This document shows positions 51,321 through 64,000 of a DNA stretch of 64,000 nucleotides, piece by piece (position 1 is the stretch's first letter; every line of letters starts with the position of its first letter). The notes beneath the pieces are model-generated. The model was not told the origin of the DNA and did no database searches. It saw only the letters and a program-made list of their open reading frames with translations. The position numbers were made by a program, and so were the translations under genes. The stretch is from contig NW_003314266.1 of NCBI RefSeq assembly GCF_000143415.4, positions 382,733-446,732 on the forward strand. The letters are read 5' to 3'. Origin of the DNA: Selaginella moellendorffii (taxonomy: Eukaryota; Plantae; Lycopodiophyta).

Positions 51321-52572
51321 TTAACTGCCTGCCACCACTGGATTGAATTTCCAGGCCTGCTGCTCAAGATATCCTTGGTTTGCAGATGCTGGGCGGAGCG
51401 TGAGAGGACGGTACCACGCACTGTTCTGGTACTGATCATCGTTCTGCAGAGCCCACTGCAAATTTGTTCCATCCAGCTTGATCGCGAGATAGTCCGTGTT
51501 TGAAGCCTGAAATCGGTTCTCAGACCACACGAAGTCGTAGTCGAGAGGATCATATTGAGTCAATAGCACCTGCGATGATCGTCAAGTTCAGTTTGCAAAG
51601 TTTTCAAAGAGTGCTTTGTTGACCCTTTGAGTGCTAAACCAGTCACCTTGTTTATGAGGATGAACGAGGTGAAGTACGTGGTATCGTCTCGGCCTCTGGC
51701 GGGGACCTTGTACCATATCTATTATGATAACACATGTGAGATCGAAGATGATAGTGTCAGATCAAAGTTACAAACCATGCCATCAAGAGAAATGTTGTTT
51801 GGACTAACAGCAACCACATTTGTCTCGTCGTTGTGCTTGATTGCATCCTTGAAAGTGACGTCCACATTTTGCTGCTTCCAAGTCAAGTACTGCCCAAACC
51901 AGTGACACAGAATCCTGTACACTTGAGAAGGCTCTGTGCAGCACAACGAGAAGATCAAAGGGAATTAGCCACAAGTCCAGAGGATTACCATAAGTGACGA
52001 GCTTCCACCGGGAGCTTCCACCGCTGGTGGATGTCACCACCGGCACCCCGTCTTTGAATTTCGAACTTGAGGAAGTGTGGCTCAAGAACGCAGACGAATT
52101 CCCAGTCATTGTGATCGAAACTTGATCGTCCGAGCTTTGGCCAACAGACCAGAGGAGAGAATCGTCCTCGACAGCCGGATCATAGTCTCCAACAGTAGCC
52201 TTTCATTTCATTTTGAGCAAACGTAGACAAGCTTGCAGTGATGCTATATCTTGACAACGCGTCGAGATGTTGAGATTTCCTGGGAGCGGAGAGCTTTCTT
52301 GGAGCCGTGGTTTATAAAACACGAACGCAGAGAGGCCACTGGTATCCTGGCTCAGGAACTGCCATGACTCGTCCCTGTACCACAGCTGTAGAAGAGTTTC
52401 CCCATCAAAACCAAGATGATAAAAATTTGGATAAGTTTTAGATCTGGATCCTGGAAGGGATTGAGCGCGTCCTTGGACTTGAGAACAATCTGGGTGCCTT
52501 ATGAGTAACATAGTAGCCAGGATAAGCAACTGATTCGATGGTGTAGAACTTTGGAGCTGCTGTGAGAGCCAT
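51321..52572 (-). CDS. Two-domain EUL-like lectin gene, copy D
   Basis: Same exon series as copy C; ends QQAWKFNPVVAGS*. Confidence 0.65.
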
Positions 52573-52840
52573 TGATCTTATAAGAAACACACTAGAGAGG
52601 AGTGAGCGTTAGGCTGGAAAGTACGCCATTTTATACTACCACAACGTGGAGCGCATGGGAACATGGAATCCGAAGTTTGTGCTTTCTTTAATTTTTTTCT
52701 TGGTACTTGTTTGTTAACAACAATTCGCTGACGAACACTACTGTGAAGTTAAATGCTTCACGGTAGGACTATAAAGACAATAAGTTAAAAAGTTTTATGG
52801 CTCACAGTTGTGCACGACATAGAAATATATTAAGGAGGCA

Positions 52841-53165
52841 ATCTAAAATCTACGAGCCACTGGAATATGAATTTGACGTCTATGAAATGCTGCTCCTGTG
52901 GGAACAGGTGGTCTATTTTGCTACAAATTTCAAGTTGACAGTATCAAAGCTTCACAACAATATTCAACGTTTTACAGCTCTACATGGAGGATATTGTTTT
53001 GTGTTCTTCATTGACACTTAGTGACTCTCAACAAGGACATTGGTGAGCAAAAATGGTGCTTTAGAATACCACCCGGCTCTGGTGGCTCGCCGTGCGTCGC
53101 TATGGATCCGGCAAGAAGCAAGCAGGCTCATCCAGGTAGAGCTCCCCAGCTGCAATGGCATGCAA
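52841..53165. pseudogene. Short relics of the sialyltransferase-like gene (plus) and the PPR fragment (minus)
   Basis: [18 protein letters not shown] at 52845-52910; 53020-53165 is similar to 50652-50790. Confidence 0.7.
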
Positions 53166-53263
53166 CAATATTCAACGTTTTACAGCTCTGAGACAAATTG
53201 GGATCAAAGCGCACCGCGCTAATGGACAGAACAGGAAAACCCTAATGTCCACAATGTGTAACA

Positions 53264-56200
53264 CTCCCCCCAAACCGAAGCCACTCACCAAACCAAATCT
53301 ATCGCATAGGAGCTGAAACTAGTGTGGCCCCAATGGCTTGGTGAGAAGGTCGGCTGGCATGTCCTGTGTCCTGAGATGTTGGATGGCCAAGATGCCACCA
53401 TCAACCAACTCATGCACGTAGTGAAATTGGACTTCAATGTGCTTTGAGCGAGCATGGTGGACAGGGTTCTTGGACATGGTAATGCTGTTTTAGTTGTCAC
53501 ACCAAGAGGTAGTGGGGCCAGCTTGTGCACATCCCAGCTCAGCAAGTAACCATCGCTAGACCATGTCCCTGCTACCAGTATTGAGTGTGATGTACTCCGC
53601 TTCTGCACTAGAAAGTGCCACCACAGATTGTTGCTTGGAGGCCCATGTGATGGCACCTCCTGAGAAGGAAATGCAAATGCCAGAAGTCGAGTGATGGCCT
53701 TTGTTGTTGGCAAAACTAGCATCCATGTAGCATGTCAATGATGCATCACCCCTTGAATAAGCAATGTTGTAGTCCATAGTGCCTCAGAGGTATCTCACGA
53801 TACACTTGGCAGCTTGCCAATGTATGGTGGTTGGTGATGTGTTGTATTGACTCAAGGCAATAGTTGCATATGTGATGTCAGGGCAAGTCATCAGGGCCAA
53901 ATATGTGAGGCAACCAATGAGATGCCAATAGGGAGTCCTATTGGGTAGAGGCTCACCAGATTGCTCAACTGTGAGGTCAATAGCACCAACAACCATCGGG
54001 GTCTTGACGGGGTGGCAATCACACATACCAAACCGATCCAACAAGACTTCGACTTTATGTCATTGGCTAAGAATGTAGCCACTAGACTCAGGATCGCGTG
54101 TGACTTCAAAGCCAAGAAAGTAGGAGACTTGGCCAAGGTCCTTCATCTGGAATTGCTGGCTGAGAGCAGCTTTCAGAGCAGCAATGGCATCCATGTCATC
54201 ACCCATAATGAGCAAATCATCAACGCAGAGGGCCACAATAAGCATGCTCTCAACATGACTATTCACATACACATTATGATCAGCATGGCAGCGACAAAAG
54301 CCCTGAGTGCGTAGGGTGGCATCAAAATTTTGATACCAAATATAAGAGCTCTATTTTAGGCCATATAAAGCTTTCTGCAATTGCCATGTACAGCCACCAG
54401 GGTCAAAACCAGGAGGTATATGCATATAGATGTCCTCTTGCAAATCCCCATTCAAAAATGCAGTTTTGACATCCATATGGTGGACTTGCCATTTGCGAGC
54501 AGCCGCAAGTGCAAAAAAAGTATGGAGGCTGGCAATTTTTACAACTGGTGAGAATGTTTCATTATAATCAAGGCCATGAACTTAGCAAAAACTGCGAACA
54601 ATCAACCGTGCCTTATAACGTACAACTTGACAATTTTTCCCATACTTTTTGGAAAAAATCCATTTTGGATCCAAAACATGTCGTCTTGGTGGCGCTGAAT
54701 TAACTGGAACATTAATTTTGTTAAACCGAATGGAAGAAACTTCTTCTGCAATGGCTTCCATCCAAGATAGAGCCTTAGGTCCTGAGACGGCCTTATCATG
54801 GGTCATGGGGATGCCAATGTCAACAAGGCCATAAAAGTCATCAAGCTCTGCAGCATCTGCTTCAGCATTTTCCTGGACTTTCAACAAGGGCCAATGTTCC
54901 TAGGGGTGATCAAGAACTAGCATCAGATTAGGCATGCCACGACGTCAACAAGGTGGTGGAGGTGTCAGAGGCTTGTCCTCGACTGGAGGAGCATCAGCTG
55001 GTTCAAGCATGTCCAGAAGTGGAGGATTCCCCAATGGAATCTCTAGTGGCAACTCATGAATAGGATCTTGAGGCGGAGGCAAGAGTGGACCATCTCCCAT
55101 AAGTGGGATCAAAGGAACAAGTGGAGTCTCAGCAATGAAAGAAGGATCTTGAAGAGCCTCTGTAAACATGGGAAAGTCATCTTCATTGAACATGACGTTT
55201 GTGCTTACAAGAGCCTTGTAAGACGCAAGATCCCACAACTTGTAAGCTTTTCTCCCGATAGTGTTGTCCTGTGCATATCCCACGAAGATGAAATTTTTAC
55301 TTTTGGGATCTAGCTTTTTCCGAAGTTGATCAAGGGTATATGCGTATGCTGCACAACCGAAAACTTAAAAGTGGGATACATCAGGAATAGAACCTGTCTA
55401 AAATGCCTTAGGGGTTTTTCCATCCAAAGCAGCCGTGGCAAGGTGATTTTGGACATGCATTCCTGTGGCTATGGCCTCTTGCCAAAACATCTTGTTAAAA
55501 TATGCATCAGCTAACAAAGCACGAGTAATATTGACAAGAGTGCGATTCTTTCTTTCTGCAACACCATTTTGCTGGGGGGTGTAGTGGGCTGTGGCTTGCA
55601 ATCGTATGCCTACATCATGACAGATGCCCTGAAGCTCATTGTTGAGGTATTCACCACCACCATCAACTCAAAGAGTTTTTATCTTTTGACCAAAGAGATT
55701 TTCAACATAGGCCTTGTACGTTTGAAAGGTAGCAACTGCATCATTCTTATGCATCAAGAAGTGGATGCATGTTCGACAGATATAGTCATCAATGAATGTG
55801 ATGAAATAGCTTGCACCATCATGACTTGGCATGTCCATAGGGCCGCAAAAATCAAGTCCAGAAATCCAAAAGTCCAATTGCTCAATGCTTGCTCGGCAAG
55901 AAATTCCGGTGGTGATGCTTGCCTAAAACTCAAGCTTCACAAAATATAGATGGGATATGTTAGAAATCCAATCCAATAACAATATCTTGGGATTTCATCC
56001 ATTGAAGAGATTGGTAATGGACATGACCAAGTCTCTTATGCCAAAGCTCCACATGAGAATCTGCCTCCATAGTTTGAAAGGCTTGAACTTGGTTGGCAAC
56101 AGTAATCTCATACAAGTCCTCAATGCGTGGCCCACGAAACAACTGTGTACCAAGCATATGAAAGTCATTAAAGTCAACCAAAGAGACTCCCTTTGCATCA

Positions 56201-57393
56201 AAGACTACCACTACATTTTGATCACATATCTTGGCGATGGACATTAAGTTTCATTGCAAGGTAAAAACGTGCATGGGACCATCAAAGGCCAATGATCAAG
56301 TGAGAGCCAAAATTGCCCGATGCCTTCCATGGGGAAAGTGGTATTGTCACTTAAATGAACACCACATTTTCCAATGCTCGGCTGATAACACTTGAAAAGA
56401 CTCTTCTTATTGCCCATAATATTAGTACAACTAGAGTTTAAGAGCCACTTGCTTGGTGCTGCAATTGCCTCTGCATTATAAAGTTCCTCAATAGCCTCAT
56501 TTTCTATAGCAATTCCATTAGATTGGCTTTCACTGTCGTAGCTAGTCGCTTGATAGGCTATAGAGCAATGCAATCTTGAGCCAATGGCTCATCTCCAAGC
56601 AGCGAGTGCACTGATTCTTGGCAAGTCTGGGCTTGGCATGCCTAGATGCCATGGAATTTTGCCCTTTCTGGGCATTTGCAGCTGCATGTGGTTTTGCCAC
56701 CTTGGCATCACCAGAAGCTCGCGAAGCATACATAGGCTGTAGGATTTTTGCTCTCTCGCTTTACATGGCCTCAATGTCGTGAAGACTCCTCACGGCATTT
56801 GCCCAAGTCATCCCTGGTTGGAGAAGCAGGCTCTCAACTTGGCCATCCAACATCTCAGGACACAGGACATGCCAGCTGACCTTCTCACCAAGCATCAAGG
56901 ACCTGTAGAGCCGCAGCCTTTGCTGCTCATCCGTGAGACAGTGCTTCGCCCTAGTAGTTGCAAGTTGTGTGAAAAAGCCTTGGAGCTTGGCAATGTGAGT
57001 CTGGATACTGCCATTTTCCTCTAGCCTTAAGGACTCCATTTGTGAATAAATGTTGAAGACATCCATTTCACTCTTGGTGCTGTAGGTGTCACTCAACCAC
57101 TTTTAGAGCTCTGCTGTAGTGGACTTTGGAATCGATGAGGCAGCAAAGAGAACATTTAAGGACAAGCATATCGCAATACTCCCTTTAGCCTTGGAATCCC
57201 AAAGGTTCCAATCATGCACCTTAGCAGCACTAGAGCCTAGAGTTGGTGATGACTCTATCCCATCTACAATCCCCAACAAACCATGAAACAAGAGATAGGA
57301 TTCAAGATGGATCTTGAATCCCTCAAACCCTTCTCCATCAAACTCACGGATGGATGGCTTTGTTTCCATAGTGCTATCCCAGCTCCGATACCA
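53264..57393 (-). mobile_element. Degenerate Ty1/Copia retrotransposon
   Basis: PBS TGGTATCGGAGC (57382-57393); gag; GAG-pre-integrase WHKRLGH; integrase YTPQQNGVAERKNRTL; RT YKARL and LCVDDLLI; RNase H SSAEAEY; PPT GGGGGGAG at 53264-53271. INT precedes RT. A matching LTR pair is not resolved. Confidence 0.9.
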
Positions 57394-57395
57394 TG

Positions 57396-59370
57396 TGTAG
57401 CGCACGTGGTTTTTACCCTTTATCTTATGGTGAATTACCATAGAATAACCACAAAGTAGAACCCAAACCCTCCATACAAATTGATCCTTCGTCCCTAGTG
57501 ACTCTCTTTTTGATCTCATCTTTGACCAAACCTCAACCCTGTGTTCGCACTACCTTTATTTCAATCCAAGAAAAGTTTATGAGAGAGCATGGCAATGACT
57601 ACTCGAACCAATAGACTAATCCCTACAGTCTTGGTTGGTTCACTCATAATCATGCCTAGGAAGGATCCATTAGTGCCGTGCTAAACAGCTATGGACCAAC
57701 CTATTTGCCACTCATAGCAAACCTAGGGGAGGTTTACTTTCACCCACGGTACATGGAACAACTCATGGAACTACCGATGGGTTAATATTAATCCTGCCAA
57801 CTCAAAGCGTGACCTTGAGTTGCTAATGTGCCTCACTCACGAGCTTAAGCGTAAACTCGTGCATATAGAACAACTCAATCCTTCTTATGAGCCCAAGAGC
57901 AAACTCATGTAATATGGTACAGAAAGGTAACCAAAATCCATACTGAAGGAACCATTGCGAAGTCTTAGCACTCAACGTGTACCCATTCGGATCACCATTT
58001 TCATTTCTGCATATGCAACAAGATTAATTGCCCAATCTCATTGGATAGTACTCAGTGAGACTCATCTTTTGATACCAAATGTAGCACATATGGTTTTTAC
58101 CCTTTATCTTATGGTGAATTACCATAGGATAACCACGAAACGGAACCTAAACCCTCCATGTGCCACATGTCACATGCCATGTGACACATACCATGTGTTC
58201 AAAGGACAGTGGTGTGGAACTTAAGTTTCAAGGCCTAGGGCCACTAAATGAAGGAACGGTGCTAAACTCCCAAACATAGAGCCAAAGAGCGATGGCATTA
58301 GAGCACGGAACAACTCCCGAGCATATAGCCCAAGGAGCGAAGGGACATAAGCACCAAGTGACTTGGAACAGTCTGTAACACATGTGATCATGGATGAGAT
58401 TTGGATATACTGTCACCGTGGATCCTTGGAACCTTGGGGGATAAATAAGGATAAAATAGCCACTAAGGGCTCTCTCATCAAGTAATTGCCCTTTTTCCAG
58501 TTGGCTTAAAGGGAGAGAGATAGTGTGCACTATAGTTGGTATCGGAGCAAATGGCACGGGTTTGATTCCCATTGATTAGTGGCTATTTAAAATATAATAT
58601 ACCCTTGAGCAAGGTATATTCCTACCCTTAAATTTAAAATCGTACATATTGGGCATCCACGTCTTTCCTCTTGTGTGGAGTATCCACGGACAAAGGTATC
58701 CATCGTGGGACTATGGTATGGGTGGATGACTAGTTGCCTCACATGGAATAGCTGGTCTACACAATGGAAGGATTGGTAGATTCAGTGTGGAAATGAAGGT
58801 GTTAGTTCCCCTTGGCTCAATAGGGGTTACTAGTCAATAGTCAATGAGGACATTGACATCTTTGAAAGGGGGGTGAGTGTAGCGCATGTGATCATGGGAT
58901 GAAATTTAGATATATTGTCACTGTGGATCTTTGAACCTTGGGGGATAAATGAGGATAAAATAGCCACTAAGGGCTCTCTCATCAAGCAATTGCCCCTTTT
59001 CTAGTTGGCTTAAGGGGAACTTTGGGGGAATAGCCACTAAGGGCTTTCTCATAAAGCAATTGCCCCTTTTCCAGTTTGCTTAAGAGGAGAGAGATAGAGT
59101 GCGTTACACAGTCCTAAAGTATCTAGCATCCCAATGCCAGGACCAATATGCAAAATGGAGCTAAATGGAGTCTAGCGTTATTTGAGCATACCGATGGTCT
59201 AACGCAAGGACATGGGTACTCCACCAGCTAGCATGGTGTGGAACTCGGGCTTAAACCCAAGCCGGACACAGAACAAGGACAGGTACGCAAGCAGGAGCTA
59301 GACTATGCCTCAGGTTGGTCGACCATGCCCAACCTACCCACTATCCATACTATACATTTGGAACCCCAGT
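57396..59370. repeat. LTR-like repeat family (inverted relative to 30900-31990 and 40380-40930)
   Basis: Direct sequence similarity; TGTAGCRCA-type termini at 57396 and ~58080. Confidence 0.65.
58374..59108 (+). mobile_element. TRIM (miniature non-autonomous LTR element)
   Basis: Direct repeats at 58374-58534 and 58878-59108; PBS TGGTATCGGAGC at 58537; PPT GAAAGGGGGGTGAG before 58878; perfect 5-bp TSD CAGTC. Confidence 0.9.
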
Positions 59371-59809
59371 TAGAGTTGTTTACATGGTTACGCCCTTTTA
59401 ACAGAATACGGAACATCGACAGAGAAGTGGGTGATATGACCAATCGACAGTAGCTACCCCATGACTAAAGATTTCACTATGTATATGAAGTGCCGAAGCC
59501 AATTTATCTATACTGGCCCAAACTCAAAGATCAATAGATGCAGATATCTTAAAGTCTTAATTATTAGTGAATAAATTTTGGAATGGAACACAAAGTATTC
59601 CAAGTAAGTTATCATCCGATAAACCAATATTAAAGTAAAGGAACCACTAAGATCACTATAGTTGGAAAACATAGGATTTACTATCCAACAAAATTCAAGA
59701 GCAAGTGTATCATCAATAAAACTCAATGATAACACATAACCATCAAAGATTACAAACAGAATGCCAAACAATTTACGAAAAATACTCAAAGAACACAAAG
59801 TATCATTGA

Positions 59810-60230
59810 CTCCCCTCTGGGAGACACATGCTTTGGGCTTTCACCCCTCGACCTGTATTAGTACTCGGACTCGGTCTCGGACTCGATCTCAGACTCGATC
59901 TCGGACTCGATCTTGGACCCATCTTCGGACTCGGTCTCGGACTCGATCTCGGACTCGACCTCGGACCCGATCTCGGACTCGACCTCGGACTCGGTCTTGG
60001 ACCCAATCTCGGATCTCGGACTCTGTCTCGAATTCAGTCTCGAACTTGGTCTCGAACTCGGTCTCGGAGTCGGCCTCAGACTCGATCCCGGATTCTATCT
60101 TGAACTCGATCTCAGAGTCGGTCTTGGACTCGATCTCAAACTCGGTCCCATCCGATGAACTCTTTATCATTTCAGTCGTGCTTTCGGGGATCCTTTAGTC
60201 TACGGTACCTCGGGGAGTTGGTTCTTTACA
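59810..60230. repeat. LTR fragment with (CTCGGACTCGAT)n minisatellite
   Basis: Reverse similarity to 41225-41640. Confidence 0.7.
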
Positions 60231-62196
60231 CATTTAACCAAGCAACTTCGTACACATTGCTCATTATCACATAGATATGATATAAGTATTACAATGACTT
60301 GATCATCAATTAAGCAATACCACGAGAAACACCCATGTCATTACTTCAAAGGTTTATGTAAGCATTAAGTGCCAATTTGATTCGACAAAATGCAACATAA
60401 ATGCCACACTCTACCGATAGAGACCTACAATACCCAACACCACTAACTTTTGTTCACAACACGGACAAGCTCATGCCACTTTCTTTCTGACCAAACTCAA
60501 AATTAATCCAACACCAAGCTACTCAAGGAGCAATAGCAAGGTTCCCCAGAAAAAAATTGAGTATTGCAACCCAAGTCTTCAATAGCCCAAAAACCATTCT
60601 ATTTTTGTAAGCTAATACAAACTAGTGAAGGGGTTAGAGTTGACTTCGGTTAGCATATACCTTAGTAGATAGTTTGTATAATGCGGCCTGAAAGGGATGT
60701 TAACTTTTGGGGCTAAGGCAATTGAGTTAGATAGAGTCTAGAGTTGGTGTAGACAAATGGCCGTTGCGCTTTTCTAGAAAAGTGACCCTTGTGCCTTTCT
60801 TCTATAACATTATGCTTGGTGACAAATTGCACTTTGCATTTCATTAACCTCTATAAGAGTAGTGAGGTTTCATTAATCTTGACTTGGTCTTGGTGGCTTT
60901 GAGCCTTGGCTGAGGATGGTGAAGTCTAACTTAGTTGTTTGAGGTTGAGATGTTGGTACTTGTACTATAGCTTTATCTATGAAGAGGTTGTATACCAATA
61001 TGAGTCCATCTCATGGTCTTCACTTTAGTTTTGACTGAGTGTTGATCATGCATAGCTAGCCTCTTCAAGGCATGCTCAGAGTTGTTGGATAAATGCATTA
61101 GTGAGTTTATTACGGTTGAGTTGGATTTGAGTGGTCATTTAGTTTATGCTTGTCCATGAACCTTTATCTCATACCTGGGATATTATGTTCATGTTGGACA
61201 AGTATATAACTCAATGGCATGAGTTTAGTGTTTGGGTTTTGTGAAGGCAAGTTGAAGAGTGATTGTTAGTTGTTTTGCAAACTAATGATTACTTGTAGAC
61301 TTCTTCAAGGACTATTGATACTTGCTTCACTCGATGAAGATTTGTTAGTGATAGACTTGCTTTACCGGATGGTGTTGTGGAGGATTGTGTTGTTAGACTT
61401 GCATGGTTTTTCCATGTTGACATAATGATTCTACTTTTGTTGATATCATTTGGTTGCGTTTAGTTCATAGTGTTGGATTTCATTGAGTCTTGGATGTGGT
61501 GATTCATTCCTTGATAAAGTGTTATTTGTAACTGAGTTTTACTGAAGGATTAGTCTTGGATATTGACTAAAGTACCTTCCACTTCAGTTAGCTTAGTTTC
61601 TAGGGAGTTTTGAGTGGTGATTCATTCATGCTTTCTTTTAGTTTTGTTATGGTGTTGATGGCATTGAACTGATGCTTTGTCGTTGACATTATTTATGCTG
61701 AGATTTGAGTGAAATGAGATGTCTCTCTGAAAGATTGATGTCGAGTTTCACTAGAAGCTCTATTTCGTTAAAGTGGGAATTGTCATTATCCCACTTGTAA
61801 AATAAGGTTTCCAAACCTTTATATAGTATATAAATATAACAAAATTCAACTGCATTGAGGCACATGCCATTTTATTTTAAACAAGGAAATGTCTACTCAA
61901 TCACTTCTCCTCCCCCTGCCACTGCTTCACCTCTCTCTTCTCCTTGTCATCGTCGTCCAATTTCTTTCCATCCTTTTAATATTGGCTCAGTTGCTCCGAG
62001 TCTAGGTGGAGCCCAAGTCCCCATTCAATCTTTACTTTCCCCTTATTAATAAAACAACTTCGTAGACTTCCAATAACATGCTGTAACACTTCTAGTATAA
62101 TGCAAATCCTCTCAAAGAATTGTCTTTTAATATTAATACAATGGCATGGAACCCCATGCCATAATAAGTTACATTTTTAAATAAATACATGCCATC

Positions 62197-64000
62197 TCAG
62201 ACTGTTATTTTTTGCCTCCAACGCCTATACAATAATCTTGGAATTTCATCACTCTCCACACTATCAGGATTTAAACCCAATAGTAATGCCATCTCTTCTC
62301 TAATACGTCCACGCTCATGTTCAGTGGTCGAAGAACCCATCCGGTTGAGCAGATTATGGAGATGCGGATAGTGCTTGGCTAGACAATATACATGCCATAA
62401 ATGATGACTGGTGTCTGTCCGATCAAATGGCTTCTGATATACCGTTCCATCTGCCATTTGGTTGATTTCTGCAGCCACCTCCTGGACTGGCCGGTTCTCT
62501 ATCACCATCGCTTCAAGCCGTTTTGCAAGGTCCCCCAGAACATACGGTTTCTTCTCCCTAGTTTCCATACTGCAAGAGATGGGGTGCACTGCATATGTGT
62601 GCGTGTTCGCTGCAGTTTTAATCGGCGAGTCATCGATGATGAGGATTTCACTTGACCTAGCAGTCCGGTTCATCACTACAGCCTCTGCCTTGACGAAGAT
62701 GGGCTTGCTACCCCTCACATGGACCATAGTCAAGCAATCCTCCTGCGTTAGGAGAAAGTCAAATGGTAATATTACTCGCGTCTGATCGTGCATCATTTGT
62801 AGCAACATTAATGCATTGTGGCGCATCATGGATGTCCAAACTCCCAATTGCAAATTGAACCCGGCCCTCTGTTTTAAGTGTCGCATGGTCATTATTAGAT
62901 CCCGCAGTNNNNNNNNNNNNNNNNNNNNNNNNNNNNNNNNNNNNNNNNNNNNNNNNNNNNNNNNNNNNNNNNNNNNNNNNNNNNNNNNNNNNNNNNNNNN
63001 NNNNNNNNNNNNNNNNNNNNNNNNNNNNNNNNNNNNNNNNNNNNNNNNNNNNNNNNNNNNNNNNNNNNNNNNNNNNNNNNNNNNNNNNNNNNNNNNNNNN
63101 NNNNNNNNNNNNNNNNNNNNNNNNNNNNNNNNNNNNNNNNNNNNNNNNNNNNNNNNNNNNNNNNNNNNNNNNNNNNNNNNNNNNNNNNNNNNNNNNNNNN
63201 NNNNNNNNNNNNNNNNNNNNNNNNNTGGGCACATGCCATTTCAGCTGTAGACTCTGGTACAACTGGCTCAACAGTGCATGGGGTGGGTTCCGATGGCGTG
63301 TGATCACACGCCATTTCAGCTGGTGCCTCCGTTGGCAAAGTGGACATGACCGAACAGGCAGCAGGGGCGGTGTAGGGAGGTTCCAACGGCGCGTAGTCAG
63401 ACGATTGGGCACACGTTGGAAATGAGGATACGACCGGCTCGGCGGCTGGGGCGGCCTCATGCGGGTCCAATGGCGCTTGGTCACCGTCAGTTGGATACGT
63501 GGACAAGATTGACTCAGTGGTATGGGCAGCATCAAGTGGAGCGTGGTCAGCTTGCTTGGCGTTGATATGGATAGTAGCCTCCACCAGCTCTAATGACTCT
63601 TGCAGGCAAGTAGAGTCCACTGGCGGATCCATATGCATGTCCAAATATCTCCCTTCGATTGAGATGGTATCCTCCCGTGCTACTAAAAACAAACTCATTA
63701 GCACATTGAATCGACTATACTGTATTTACCATCAACTGCTATTGAGGAACTAGGACCGATATCACTTGGGCGCACTGCTGATTCTGAAGGATTGGACATA
63801 CGTTTCGACCCTTGCTTGGCACTATCCTTCCTCGACACTAAAGGCTAGAGTTTGTATCTTAATTCAACTGAATAATCTCTACTTACCATTTCTTCTGCGA
63901 CCTACATGGACAATGTTAGAAATGGTAAAAGGTTAGGAATGGATGTACTATTATTTACCTGATGGTTTGTCTTGTATGACCTTCCTCCGCTGCTCTTTGG
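62197..64000 (-). CDS. 3' exons (FCP1/HAD-like domain) of the cargo gene in copy 2, spanning an assembly gap
   Basis: Protein is nearly identical to 15262-16769. Confidence 0.75.
62909..63225. other. Assembly gap (N run)
   Basis: Run of n bases. Confidence 1.

Larger units (their letters stand above)
61757..64000 (-). mobile_element. Second, inverted, near-identical copy of the ParB-cargo DNA transposon (right end; continues off window)
   Basis: Reverse complement of 14966-17209 with only scattered SNPs; begins exactly at the 22-bp TIR; different flank. Confidence 0.93.

Noticed and set aside
60230-61756. Possible gene or defined element
   Set aside because: No ORF of 60 aa or more, and no recognisable motifs or termini; probably decayed repeat DNA.
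63270-63295. Short frame-shifted peptide difference in copy 2 (EPTPC vs KPPHA)
   Set aside because: Compensating single-base indels next to an assembly gap; likely low-quality sequence.

Overview
Eukaryotic land-plant DNA. Very short GT-AG introns, PLS-type PPR fragments and a plant sialyltransferase-like gene suggest a lycophyte such as Selaginella (inference). About 85% of the window is transposon-derived. Main result: a ~15.4-kb DNA transposon (1812-17209) bounded by perfect 22-bp TIRs (GCTCTATTTCGTTAAAGTGGGA). It encodes a Sola/DUF7869-like DDD transposase (minus strand, disabled) and a divergently transcribed, spliced gene for a ParB/Srx-like + degenerate amino-methyltransferase-like + acidic + FCP1/HAD-like protein. 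The element carries about 28 copies of a 22-bp palindrome (ATGGCRTG-N6-CAYGCCAT), concentrated in introns and intergenic DNA. It sits inside the GCM/MULE/SWIM-type transposase pseudogene of an older element with the same layout: a divergent ParB-like + beta-class N4C/N6A methyltransferase gene, a 96-bp fully palindromic tandem array, and a homologous small ORF. A near-identical second copy of the inner element starts, inverted, at 61757. Also present: a full-length Ty3/Gypsy with 233-bp LTRs, a solo LTR with a 5-bp TSD, a degenerate Ty1/Copia, a TRIM, several LTR/Gypsy relics, and a host-gene island (43.4-53.2 kb) with an SIA1/MGP2-like gene, four two-domain EUL-like lectin copies and PPR fragments. 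All domain calls are by eye from motifs and need HMM or structure confirmation.
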